From positions 1 to 64,000 of the IMG/VR virus record IMGVR_UViG_3300033485_000001: 64,000 nt of DNA; one strand, written 5' to 3'. Of this stretch, positions 54,208 to 63,172 are shown in pieces (the stretch's first letter is position 1; every line of letters begins with the position of its first letter). This DNA is from a virus. The notes under the pieces are model-generated. The model ran no database searches. It worked only from the letters and a program-made list of their open reading frames with translations, and was not told the origin of the DNA. Made by a program: the position numbers and the translations under genes.

Positions 54208-54213
54208 CTTATA
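54208..54213 (-). promoter_or_regulatory. TATAAG motif
   Basis: TATATAAGATCAATAGAAAGGAGG. Confidence 0.6.
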
Positions 54214-54283
54214 TACTGAAGGTGACAGCCATTTTCGTTCTGGTGTGGTAACCTCGTGGAATGAGAGCCCGGAGTAGCCCCAG

Positions 54284-57200
54284 ATGGTGATGTCGTCTCA
54301 TCAGATCGGCGCCATGGCCATGCAGCAGCAGGCCATGTTCGGCAACTTCCAGTCCTACGCCCAGCAGATCACCCCTCCCTACGGCGCCGGTCCTGGGATG
54401 GGAGCCATCCGACCTCCAGCTATGGGCGGGTACCATACCGGGTCTCCTCCGATGATGTCGCCGCCCCCGCCACCGATGCCGGGCTGGAACCCAGGCTATG
54501 GAGGTGGAGTCGCCAGCATGGCGATGGGGGCGATGTACAACCCCAACGCCGGATTCCAGGGGGCGATGGGGGAGCAGATGGCCGGCTCCTTCCTGGGCGG
54601 ACTCTCTACGGTCGGATCCGGAGCAGCGCGCATCGCTGGCTACGGCACCATGGCCGCTGGTGGCTTGAGCATGCTCGGCGTCGGCGGCGTGGGAATGGCG
54701 GCTCTCGGAGGCATACCCGGAATGCTTGGGGTCGGAGCCCTCGAGGCGGGGGCCTACGGAGCGCAGCAGCTCTACAGCGGGTTCCAGGAGCGCCAGGGGA
54801 TCAACCGCGTCCTCCGTCAACGCTTCGGCGGCATGATGGGCATCGGGGGCGGCAGGGGAGGAACCGGCTTCAACACGCAGGAGATGGGGCAGATCTCCAC
54901 GATGGTTCGTGGCATGGCCAACGAGGACATGTACACGAGCTTCGACGAGCTCACGCGGCTCATGGATCGGACGGCCCAGATGGGCCAGTTCCGTGGAGTC
55001 CAGAACGCCAGGGACTTCCAGACCAAGTTCCGTCAGGTCGTGGGCAACCTGCGAGAGATCGCGCAGGTGATGAACACCTCTCTCGAGGGCGCCACCCAGT
55101 TCATGGAGCAGATGCGCAACCAGGGCGTGTTCAGCGGACAGGACATCTCCGCCACGCTGGCGAGGACCAGGTTGGCTGCTGGAGCCTCCGGCATGTCACT
55201 GGATCAGATCATGGCGATCCGGGGTCAGGGCACCCAGATGGGTCGCATGATGGGGATGCGTGGTCGCCAGGGTGCCAACGCCATGATGAACATGGCGACC
55301 AACATCGGCGTTGGGATGCAGACCGGCGCCATCAGCGACGAGCTGATCGCAGAAGCAACTGGTGGCCTCCAGGGTGCAGAGGGCGCGCAGGCCGCCGCCG
55401 GGATGCTGATGCAGTCCAACGCCCGCTGGATGCGTCGTGGCGCTGGGCGTGTGATGCTCGCTGGCCTGTGGGATCCCAGCACGGGCGGGATCAACATGGA
55501 GCGCCTCCAGCAGGCGATGGGCGGCGGGACGAGCTTCCAGCAGATCAGGACGATGGGCCGCGCCAACGTCGCAGCTACGGGAGGCCGCAGCTCCGAGTTC
55601 TTCGCGAACGAAGAGCGCATCGCGGGAGCTCTTCAGGAAACTGGACTCGCCGGCGCTGTCCAGTTCGGGATGCTCGAGCAGCACATCCAGCGAGCTCGCG
55701 GCATCGGTGGAGACGACCCGTTGGGGGAGCGATTCATCCGGCGGCACACCGGATGGGATCAGGCCCAGTTCGAGCTTCAGCGGGAGATGTACCGGAACAT
55801 GCCGCAGACGCTCGAGAACCGTCGTCTGCGAGAAGCTCAGGGGATGGAAACCATGGCCCGCACCCGTTCCATGGAGGGTCGCGGCATGGCTGGGGCGCAG
55901 AGGCGTCTACAGCATTGGTGGGAGACGGGGGTCTCGAATCCGATCAGGCAAGCTGGTGATGATCTGGTCACCTCGTTCACCACTGGTGTGGATGAGCTGT
56001 TCGCTCAGATGGAAGGCACGGTCAAGACAGCAGTCTCCGAGCGCACCAAGAGCATGTTGGCGGAGTACGCAGAGACCGGGAAGCGTGGCCGAGACCTCAT
56101 GAGCTTCCAGCGGTTCCAAGAGCTTCGGAGCGGACTCAGAACCGGGAGGAGCAACGAGGGCGGCTTCATCGGTGATATCGGCCGATGGGCAGGACTCCGT
56201 CCAGAGACGATCGCCAAGCAGCTTTCCGGTATCAACGCCTACGGCTCCAGCATGGGTCTGAAGGCGGGGGCTTCTCAGCGTGAGCAGGTGGACTTCCTCA
56301 ACAGGTTCAACGAAGAGCTCGGCATGACCGGGGCGGACTTCGGGTTCAGCGGCAAGGAGGTCACCGTCGCAGGGGAGCGGGCACGGCAGATCCTCATGAG
56401 TAAGATCGGGACTGCTGGTGATGCGTTCCAGGAGTTTTCCAGGAGCCGCGCTCGATTCGGCACCATGACCGGGAACGAGAAGGAAGCGTTCATCATGCAA
56501 CGCTTCAGCATGTACCAGCGCGACTCTGCCCTTGCTCCCATGCTGTCCAAGGCCAGGACTCAGGGCCAGAAGTACGCGATGGTTCGCATGTTGGACGAGG
56601 GGGCTTTCGGCGCAGGCAGCGACATCGCAGTCCCAGTGCGTGACCTGGGCGCCGGGAGAAACTACGAGCAGCTCCAGTCCGATCTCGCGGCGGCCAAGGA
56701 GAACGAGGCCGACGTCGTCAGGCGACTTGCTGGCGGTCTCGTCGGGGACTACGGCAAGGACTGGGTCTGGCAAGAGACCACGGAGAGCGCCGGCGGATTC
56801 ATGGGCTCACTCGGTTTTAGGAAGGCCAGCGGCAAATACCGCAAGGTCGGCGGTAGGGAGCTGCGACAGCTCAGGGAGCGGGCTCGTGAGGAGGGCGGTC
56901 CTGGAGCAGCAGAGCTGGAGCGTACCGAGACGAAGGAAGCCCTCACGGGTCGGTACATCAGCGGTCTGACGGAAGCCATGAAGAGCGAGCGCGTCCGTCA
57001 GCTGCTGATCGATGCAGCCAACGGAGATACGGGCGCAATCCGCGATCTTCAGAACATCTCGTTGAGCAAGGAAGCCTCTGCGACAGAGGGTATCAAGAAC
57101 AGGAAGGCACTCCAGGAGCTGACGCAGAAGCTGTCAGACGAGGGCCGTGAGGGTACCACCGCAGCTACGATCAAGGAGTTGAGCGAGGCAGGGAACCTCA

Positions 57201-58084
57201 CCCAGATGATCGCTGTGCAAGAGCGTGTGATGGAGAACGGTCGCGCGCTCGGTAGATCACTGCGGAACAACCAGGCCCTCGGCGAGGCGGCAAGAGCGGC
57301 CCCTGGGGCTATGGAAGCCTTGCAGGCCATCTCCGATGCTCAGACGTCTGGTAACTGGGAGGAGGCGAACTCGCTTCGTCAGAAGTTCTTCTCGACGTTC
57401 GTTGGCAAAGAGGGAACCGAGCAACTGGCTGGTGCTCTGGCTGCTGATCCTTCAGGTGCCGCACTTGGAGTCGGGTTGCAGCGAGCAGCTCGCATGGAGC
57501 GAGAGCTGACTGGTCGTCGGGGCGGAGACGCCGCGATGAGGGGCATGCTGGGGGAGGCCGGACTGGACGCCTCGGCGTTCGGCGGAGAAGCCTTCCAGAA
57601 GCTCGGGAGCTCCCAGCGTCGAAGGATGCAGGCCCTGATGTCGAAGCTGAAGGCCGGGCAGATGACGCCCGAGCAGCTTCAGCAGTACTTCACCGAAGAG
57701 GCTCGTGGTCAGGTCGGCGCGATGGGCCTCGGCAGGTTCGGACGAGAGATCAGCCCGTGGCTCAAGGCGATGCAGGACGGTCTCACCCCCGAAGAGGCGA
57801 GGAATCTTGCCATTGGCGAGGGTGCGGAGACAGCGGAGCGCGGTGCCACAGCGGGCGCTCCGGAGACACGTCAGACCCTGGCGGAGAAGCAGGTCGACAT
57901 CCTGACGCAGATGTTGAAGCTCCAGCTCGTACAGGCGCAGCGTGAGCCAGGACTGCTTGCCGACCAGGCGGCAGAGATCGCTCGCAACCTGAAGATCAAC
58001 GTCAACCTTACCACTGCTCCTGGTGGGAACTCAGTTCTGGCGCCCGAAGGTCAGCAGGGTGCTGGTACGGTGCTTGAGGACTAG
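54284..58084 (+). CDS. tape measure-like protein
   Basis: 1266 aa, helical and Gly/Ala/Met/Gln-rich, Gly-rich hydrophobic stretches, directly upstream of baseplate-like genes. Confidence 0.7.
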   Translation: MVMSSHQIGAMAMQQQAMFGNFQSYAQQITPPYGAGPGMGAIRPPAMGGYHTGSPPMMSPPPPPMPGWNPGYGGGVASMAMGAMYNPNAGFQGAMGEQMAGSFLGGLSTVGSGAARIAGYGTMAAGGLSMLGVGGVGMAALGGIPGMLGVGALEAGAYGAQQLYSGFQERQGINRVLRQRFGGMMGIGGGRGGTGFNTQEMGQISTMVRGMANEDMYTSFDELTRLMDRTAQMGQFRGVQNARDFQTKFRQVVGNLREIAQVMNTSLEGATQFMEQMRNQGVFSGQDISATLARTRLAAGASGMSLDQIMAIRGQGTQMGRMMGMRGRQGANAMMNMATNIGVGMQTGAISDELIAEATGGLQGAEGAQAAAGMLMQSNARWMRRGAGRVMLAGLWDPSTGGINMERLQQAMGGGTSFQQIRTMGRANVAATGGRSSEFFANEERIAGALQETGLAGAVQFGMLEQHIQRARGIGGDDPLGERFIRRHTGWDQAQFELQREMYRNMPQTLENRRLREAQGMETMARTRSMEGRGMAGAQRRLQHWWETGVSNPIRQAGDDLVTSFTTGVDELFAQMEGTVKTAVSERTKSMLAEYAETGKRGRDLMSFQRFQELRSGLRTGRSNEGGFIGDIGRWAGLRPETIAKQLSGINAYGSSMGLKAGASQREQVDFLNRFNEELGMTGADFGFSGKEVTVAGERARQILMSKIGTAGDAFQEFSRSRARFGTMTGNEKEAFIMQRFSMYQRDSALAPMLSKARTQGQKYAMVRMLDEGAFGAGSDIAVPVRDLGAGRNYEQLQSDLAAAKENEADVVRRLAGGLVGDYGKDWVWQETTESAGGFMGSLGFRKASGKYRKVGGRELRQLRERAREEGGPGAAELERTETKEALTGRYISGLTEAMKSERVRQLLIDAANGDTGAIRDLQNISLSKEASATEGIKNRKALQELTQKLSDEGREGTTAATIKELSEAGNLTQMIAVQERVMENGRALGRSLRNNQALGEAARAAPGAMEALQAISDAQTSGNWEEANSLRQKFFSTFVGKEGTEQLAGALAADPSGAALGVGLQRAARMERELTGRRGGDAAMRGMLGEAGLDASAFGGEAFQKLGSSQRRRMQALMSKLKAGQMTPEQLQQYFTEEARGQVGAMGLGRFGREISPWLKAMQDGLTPEEARNLAIGEGAETAERGATAGAPETRQTLAEKQVDILTQMLKLQLVQAQREPGLLADQAAEIARNLKINVNLTTAPGGNSVLAPEGQQGAGTVLED

Positions 58085-58092
58085 GTGATCAG

Positions 58093-58380
58093 ATGACGAC
58101 CTACGGCGAGTTCGGAGGCAAGGTCACTCCACCCGTCCCAACGACGGACGGTCCGGATTCGGACTACAGGCGCGAGAAGGTCATCACCACTGTGGTGGGC
58201 GGTCAGCGTGTCACGCTGATCATCCGAGACACCATCGTCCCCGAGGATCCGTACCTGAACATGGTCCGTGCTGCGGCATTCGTGTACATGAGCTCCGCAG
58301 GACCGGCGAAGAGGTTTCCCGTTCCTCCAGTCGGACGGCTGCTCAAGGATGCTCTGATCAAGACGGACATCGTGATCTAG
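58093..58380 (+). CDS. small structural-region protein
   Basis: AGGTGATC RBS; lies between tape measure and hub genes. Confidence 0.6.
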   Translation: MTTYGEFGGKVTPPVPTTDGPDSDYRREKVITTVVGGQRVTLIIRDTIVPEDPYLNMVRAAAFVYMSSAGPAKRFPVPPVGRLLKDALIKTDIVI

Positions 58381-58389
58381 GAGTTCGAC

Positions 58390-59715
58390 ATGGCGGTATT
58401 CATCGAGGCAAGGACCGACCCGTTCGTCGAGAGGCGTGAAGCGACGGCGCGGGACATCCGCGCCCACGGTCGTGGCCAGTTCGCGGGTCGCAGACCCTCC
58501 AGGGGGTACCAGCTCAAGGAGGACACCTTCGCCGTCATCCGGGTGATGGGTCCAGACGGGCAGTTCATGTCCGTCATCGACGCTGCGGGCGAGGAGTACT
58601 CGACGGAGACCAACACCGGCGTTACGACGCAGTACTCCAACTTCTTCATCCAGTCGATCTCGGAGCAGCGCCAAGAGAAGCAGCAGATCGTGGAGACCTT
58701 CGGCGACTCCTGGATCTTCTTCTTCGGAGAGGCACCTCGGCTGCTTCAGGTCAGCGGCTACCTGCTCAACACCGCCGACTTCAACTGGCGTGCCGAGTTT
58801 TGGGAGAACTACGACCGCTACTTCCGAGGCACCCGCCTCGTCGAGCTCGGGGCGCGGCTGTACCTCATGTACGATGACATCATCGTCGAGGGCTACATGA
58901 TCGGGGCCTCCGCACAGGAGGGGGCGGATCCGATGCCGGCGGTGCTTCAGTTCAGCTTCCAGATGTTCGTCACGGGCTACACCAACGTCTCGAGACTCGG
59001 AGACCCGGACTTCCCAGCGCCGACGGACATGGACTATGCCCAGCTCTCGAGCTACGACCAGGCGATCCAGAACTGGCAGCAGGGCAGGAATCTCCAGAGG
59101 GAGCTGTCTTCGCAGGCTGTCATCGAGGCGAACAGGAAGGGCTACCAGCAGGGCGTCGGCAAGCTCATGGCGGACACGCTTCAAGCGAACCTCATCGACG
59201 CGGGAGATCCTTCCATCTCCGCGTTCATCGCAAGGGCCTACCTGGCGACGAGAGCGATCGCCAACGCCGCCCAGATGTCCAGGCAGGAGGCATCGGGGAA
59301 CGGGCTGCGACCCAACCCCTTCGCCCCAGAAGGCGAGCGAGAGACCGCACTTCGGCAGCAGTTCACCCACAACATCGACGAGTACATCGGCACACCGGAC
59401 GATCGCACGTCAACTGATCTGGCGAACCCACTCTCCATGGCGGAACGCTGGCTCGAGATGGACCGCACCGTGGATAACGGGCTCGACAACATGCTCTCGG
59501 GCGGCGCCGACTCGGGGGGCACCGAGTTCTGGGACGTGATGGGCCGCGCCGGAAGGGCGCAGCAGGAGATCGTCGGGAGCGGCGGTACGCGGCTCATGAG
59601 TCAGAACATCAATCGCGGCATGTTGATTGGTTCTGCGAGCCAGAGCGGCAATCAGGCGGCCATGGCGAGGTCGGTACCCTTCGGCATGTCGATCCTCTCA
59701 GGGGAGATGCTGTAG
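58390..59715 (+). CDS. putative tail-tube initiator / baseplate hub component
   Basis: SNFFIQS..E..QEK.QI.ETFG...IFFFG..P....SG.LLN pattern; position after tape measure. Confidence 0.5.
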   Translation: MAVFIEARTDPFVERREATARDIRAHGRGQFAGRRPSRGYQLKEDTFAVIRVMGPDGQFMSVIDAAGEEYSTETNTGVTTQYSNFFIQSISEQRQEKQQIVETFGDSWIFFFGEAPRLLQVSGYLLNTADFNWRAEFWENYDRYFRGTRLVELGARLYLMYDDIIVEGYMIGASAQEGADPMPAVLQFSFQMFVTGYTNVSRLGDPDFPAPTDMDYAQLSSYDQAIQNWQQGRNLQRELSSQAVIEANRKGYQQGVGKLMADTLQANLIDAGDPSISAFIARAYLATRAIANAAQMSRQEASGNGLRPNPFAPEGERETALRQQFTHNIDEYIGTPDDRTSTDLANPLSMAERWLEMDRTVDNGLDNMLSGGADSGGTEFWDVMGRAGRAQQEIVGSGGTRLMSQNINRGMLIGSASQSGNQAAMARSVPFGMSILSGEML

Positions 59716-62700
59716 ATGCCGACCGCGCAACACCTTCGCCTCCGGTGCTTCCTGGAGGGGATCGAGGTCCCAATCGTCTCGGCCGCGCTCTCTATCCAAC
59801 CTGACGCACCGGCTCAGTGCCAGATCCAGATCCCCGCCACCGATAGGGGACACGATCTTCTGCCGAGGACCCTGGTCCACGTCTTCTACTACGACTACCA
59901 CGACGGTCCTGGGGACACCCTAACTGTTCGTGTCGGAGATGAAGATCAGGTTGTCACCTCCGATGCGCAGGCGGAAGCGCGGGAGGAGGCAGCGCAGGCC
60001 GCCAGCGTCTCGACTGAGGAGGGGTCTACGGATCCCACCACGACGGGATCGGTGGCCAGCAGGCCGGCGTTCGACACGTTCTTCTACAAGCAGTCGGGGC
60101 AGCCTGAGCTGATGCCCAGCCCCTTCAACGAGACAGCAACCCTTCCGTCTGAGGGAGCGTCTTCTTCATCTGCGGCAAGGATCGAGTCGTCGCAGGTCAG
60201 GCAGGATGAGAGCGAGGATCCACTCAGGGACGAGCCCGACAACGATCAGAAGTGGCGGCTGTTCTTCTGCGGTGAGGTGATCGGATACCAGTTCGTGAAG
60301 AGCTCCAACAGTCGGGGTCTGATCCTGGACTGTTTGGACCTCTCCGTCTACTGGGACACCTGCTACCAGTACAAGGTCAACGTGGCCTCGCTCACGGGCA
60401 ACGGCGTCGCCAACTTCGTCGGAGCAGGAACCACCCTCTTCGACGTGTTCTTCCAGAGCTCCACCAGCACGATCGTGGACGTGGTCAGCCGTCGCTCGTT
60501 CAGCAGGCCCGATCTGACCGGACTCCTTTCTGGTGTGGTTCACCTGCTCGAGCGTGTGGGTGGCGTCTACACGAGCAGGAGCCGTGGCTTCCGGGGCGTG
60601 AACGACTTCTTCTCCATCGCGGAGCTGCGCCTGCATCTGGTGGACATGATCTGCGCCTCGGAGAACGACGACTCCTCGCGGCTGATGTTCGCGCGTAGAG
60701 CCTTCAACTCCTGGACCCGTCGAGAGGGTGGACAGCTCGGTGAGATCGCCAGCTTCAGGGAGATCCTCGGTCTCCTCAACCGCTACATCTTCCACAACGT
60801 GATCCCGTGTCCGATCGCCAAGTTCGAGCCGCCCTCGAGGTGGGCTACGACGAGGAACACGAGGGTCCGCTACAACGTCGCCGACACGCCGCGCGGCAGA
60901 TCCATCCTCGAGCGAGCCACCTCAATCCGATCCTCTATGGTTCAGACACGGAATCTGTACGAGATGCTCAACGCAGAGACTCGAACAACGGGGGCTGTCA
61001 GAACCATGTTCAACCGCCTGGCCACGCACGCGAATACTCTTCGTGAGCTGGCTTCGGATTTCCAGCGTGCAGGAGCCGGATCAGCTGCTACGAGTACGCT
61101 GTCATCGAGGCAGAAAGCTCAGGAGGCTTCATCTCGTCTGGTCAACAACCCCGGAGACGACTCGCTCATCCACAGAATCACCGACGAGATGATCGAGGAT
61201 CTGGACGATGCCATCGCCGACTTCCAGGGCAGGGAAGGAACACGGAGCCAGAGTCGTACAACGAGGCACGAGACTCCGGCGCGAGTGAACTCGCAGATCC
61301 TGCGGCCTGACATCTTCATGGTCGCCCCTCCGCGCTGCAACGTGATCTTCCCAGAGCTGTACGGTCAGATGCAGTTCTCGAGGCAGTTCCTCCGTGAGGT
61401 GAGCCGGATGCGCCTCACGGTGTCCGACGAGATCTTCGGTCCGGACTCGCTGCTGGACAACCAGTACTACGCCCCCGACATCGAGGTGTTGGGACAGCGA
61501 CTGCGACAGGGAGACAGGTCTGCTGGCGAGAGAGCCGAGGGTGCGACGCTTCAGCAGGCTGCGTACAGCTGCCGCCTCATGGATCACGAGCTCTTCACCG
61601 GCGTCGTTCCGGTCTTCGAGCGCATGAACGAGGTGAACATCTACGCGGCGAGGGCACAGATGGTGACCAGGCGTGGAGCCTCGGTTCCCTACGCGATGAG
61701 GGCAGCGCACTTCCAGTTCTTCAAGAACCGCATGTCACCCAGGTCCATGTCGGTTTCGGGGAAGTTCAACCCGTACATCGCGCCTGGATTCCCTGCGCTG
61801 GTGATCGACAGGTACATGACCAAGGAGGGCATCGAGCTGTCCAACCTTCGCGGGCTGGACCTGCTCGGCGAGTCGCTATCGCGTGGATGGGCCAGGGTCA
61901 TCGAGGAGCGAGATCAGCAGCCCTATCTCGAGGTCAGCGACGACTTCGCTCCGATCGATGTGTGGCTCGCGCTTCGGGAGACAGTCCCGACGCAGTTCGT
62001 TGGGCTCTTGATGGCGGTGCAGCACACCGTCTCCCAGGGGATGGCCGGCACCTCCTACACGCTCACGACGGCGAGGACGCATCGAGAGAAGGACGAGCTG
62101 CTCGGATCCAACATCGTGCAGGTGGCGAGGAGGCAGGCCAGTCAGGCTACGAAGACCATCACCGTGGCGGCGCAGGAAGGCGACCCGCCGCAGGTCGGCC
62201 AGCTTGGTCCGTACTACGGTCTGATCACGCGGGTGGAGCAGGTGGAGCGGACTGGGGACTTCCACCTCTTCGGGACGTTCGGAGCAGATCGCCCGAGGCG
62301 GCAGCGCGTGCTCGTTCCGGTGGGCATCACGCAGCCGGCTCGCAGCTACGGCCCCGAGGTCGTGGGGATGGTGGGGAGTCGTGACACCGAGGTCACGTTC
62401 CGCGCCTATCAGATCACCGAGGAAGTGGACAGGTGGCGTGGTCAGCGTGTCGAGGTCCCCATGGAGGACTTCCTTCGCCCGCCTTGGATGAGCGAGGTCT
62501 GGGCCGGCGACCGCATCGGTGGCGTGTACCAGCAGTTCTTCGGGACTGGGGCCATCACCGACCCGATCGTCATCGACACCGGGACAGAGCGGGAGATTCC
62601 GGTTGAGGACCAGGAAGAGCGAGACGCTGAGACAGAGTCGAGGAACTACACGATCCAGGACCCCGTCAGGGCGGACGGGACGACCAACCAGTCGGCGGAC

Positions 62701-63153
62701 ATGGACATCACCGTCGAGCGAGCCATCGACCTGCTCGTGAAGTCCTACAGCGAGATCAGGCATGCCGGTCTCGACGTCCACGAGTTCATCCGGGCGTTCA
62801 TCTGGCGACCCGTCGCTACCATCGACGAGATGCTTGGTTCGCGCGACCTTGTAATCGATCCCTCGACGGGCCAGGCCACTTCAGGTATCGAGGGGTTCCA
62901 CAGCCGCGCCTTCGGCCGTGGTGAGATGGGCCGCAACCTGCGGAACCTGGTCCCGGAGAACATGACCGGGACGAGCGCGGAAGATCAAGAAGAGGACGAC
63001 TACAGCATCGCCGGCCGCATCCTCGGCATCGGTACGGGCGAGGGCGAAGACCGGAGGAATCTACTCACCAGGCTGGACAAGCGATCCGAGAAAGGCGAAG
63101 CCGTGATGGCCTACGTCCAGGAGCTCTGGGCGAACCGTGGTCTGCTTGGTTGA
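59716..63153 (+). CDS. putative baseplate hub protein (gp27/VgrG-like) with large insertions
   Basis: N-terminal beta-barrel pattern LEGIEVP...LLPRT.V.VF...LFF.GEV.G; 1145 aa; position. Confidence 0.5.
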   Translation: MPTAQHLRLRCFLEGIEVPIVSAALSIQPDAPAQCQIQIPATDRGHDLLPRTLVHVFYYDYHDGPGDTLTVRVGDEDQVVTSDAQAEAREEAAQAASVSTEEGSTDPTTTGSVASRPAFDTFFYKQSGQPELMPSPFNETATLPSEGASSSSAARIESSQVRQDESEDPLRDEPDNDQKWRLFFCGEVIGYQFVKSSNSRGLILDCLDLSVYWDTCYQYKVNVASLTGNGVANFVGAGTTLFDVFFQSSTSTIVDVVSRRSFSRPDLTGLLSGVVHLLERVGGVYTSRSRGFRGVNDFFSIAELRLHLVDMICASENDDSSRLMFARRAFNSWTRREGGQLGEIASFREILGLLNRYIFHNVIPCPIAKFEPPSRWATTRNTRVRYNVADTPRGRSILERATSIRSSMVQTRNLYEMLNAETRTTGAVRTMFNRLATHANTLRELASDFQRAGAGSAATSTLSSRQKAQEASSRLVNNPGDDSLIHRITDEMIEDLDDAIADFQGREGTRSQSRTTRHETPARVNSQILRPDIFMVAPPRCNVIFPELYGQMQFSRQFLREVSRMRLTVSDEIFGPDSLLDNQYYAPDIEVLGQRLRQGDRSAGERAEGATLQQAAYSCRLMDHELFTGVVPVFERMNEVNIYAARAQMVTRRGASVPYAMRAAHFQFFKNRMSPRSMSVSGKFNPYIAPGFPALVIDRYMTKEGIELSNLRGLDLLGESLSRGWARVIEERDQQPYLEVSDDFAPIDVWLALRETVPTQFVGLLMAVQHTVSQGMAGTSYTLTTARTHREKDELLGSNIVQVARRQASQATKTITVAAQEGDPPQVGQLGPYYGLITRVEQVERTGDFHLFGTFGADRPRRQRVLVPVGITQPARSYGPEVVGMVGSRDTEVTFRAYQITEEVDRWRGQRVEVPMEDFLRPPWMSEVWAGDRIGGVYQQFFGTGAITDPIVIDTGTEREIPVEDQEERDAETESRNYTIQDPVRADGTTNQSADMDITVERAIDLLVKSYSEIRHAGLDVHEFIRAFIWRPVATIDEMLGSRDLVIDPSTGQATSGIEGFHSRAFGRGEMGRNLRNLVPENMTGTSAEDQEEDDYSIAGRILGIGTGEGEDRRNLLTRLDKRSEKGEAVMAYVQELWANRGLLG

Positions 63154-63172
63154 GCTGTAACGGGGCGGTATC

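Noticed and set aside
217-62781. Many long overlapping or antisense ORFs in the track (e.g. 217-1710, 1819-3321, 27781-29262, 30716-32338, 52093-53526, 58081-59370)
   Set aside because: They are shadows of GC-rich codon bias on the opposite strand or alternate frame of well-supported genes, with no RBS or recognisable motifs.
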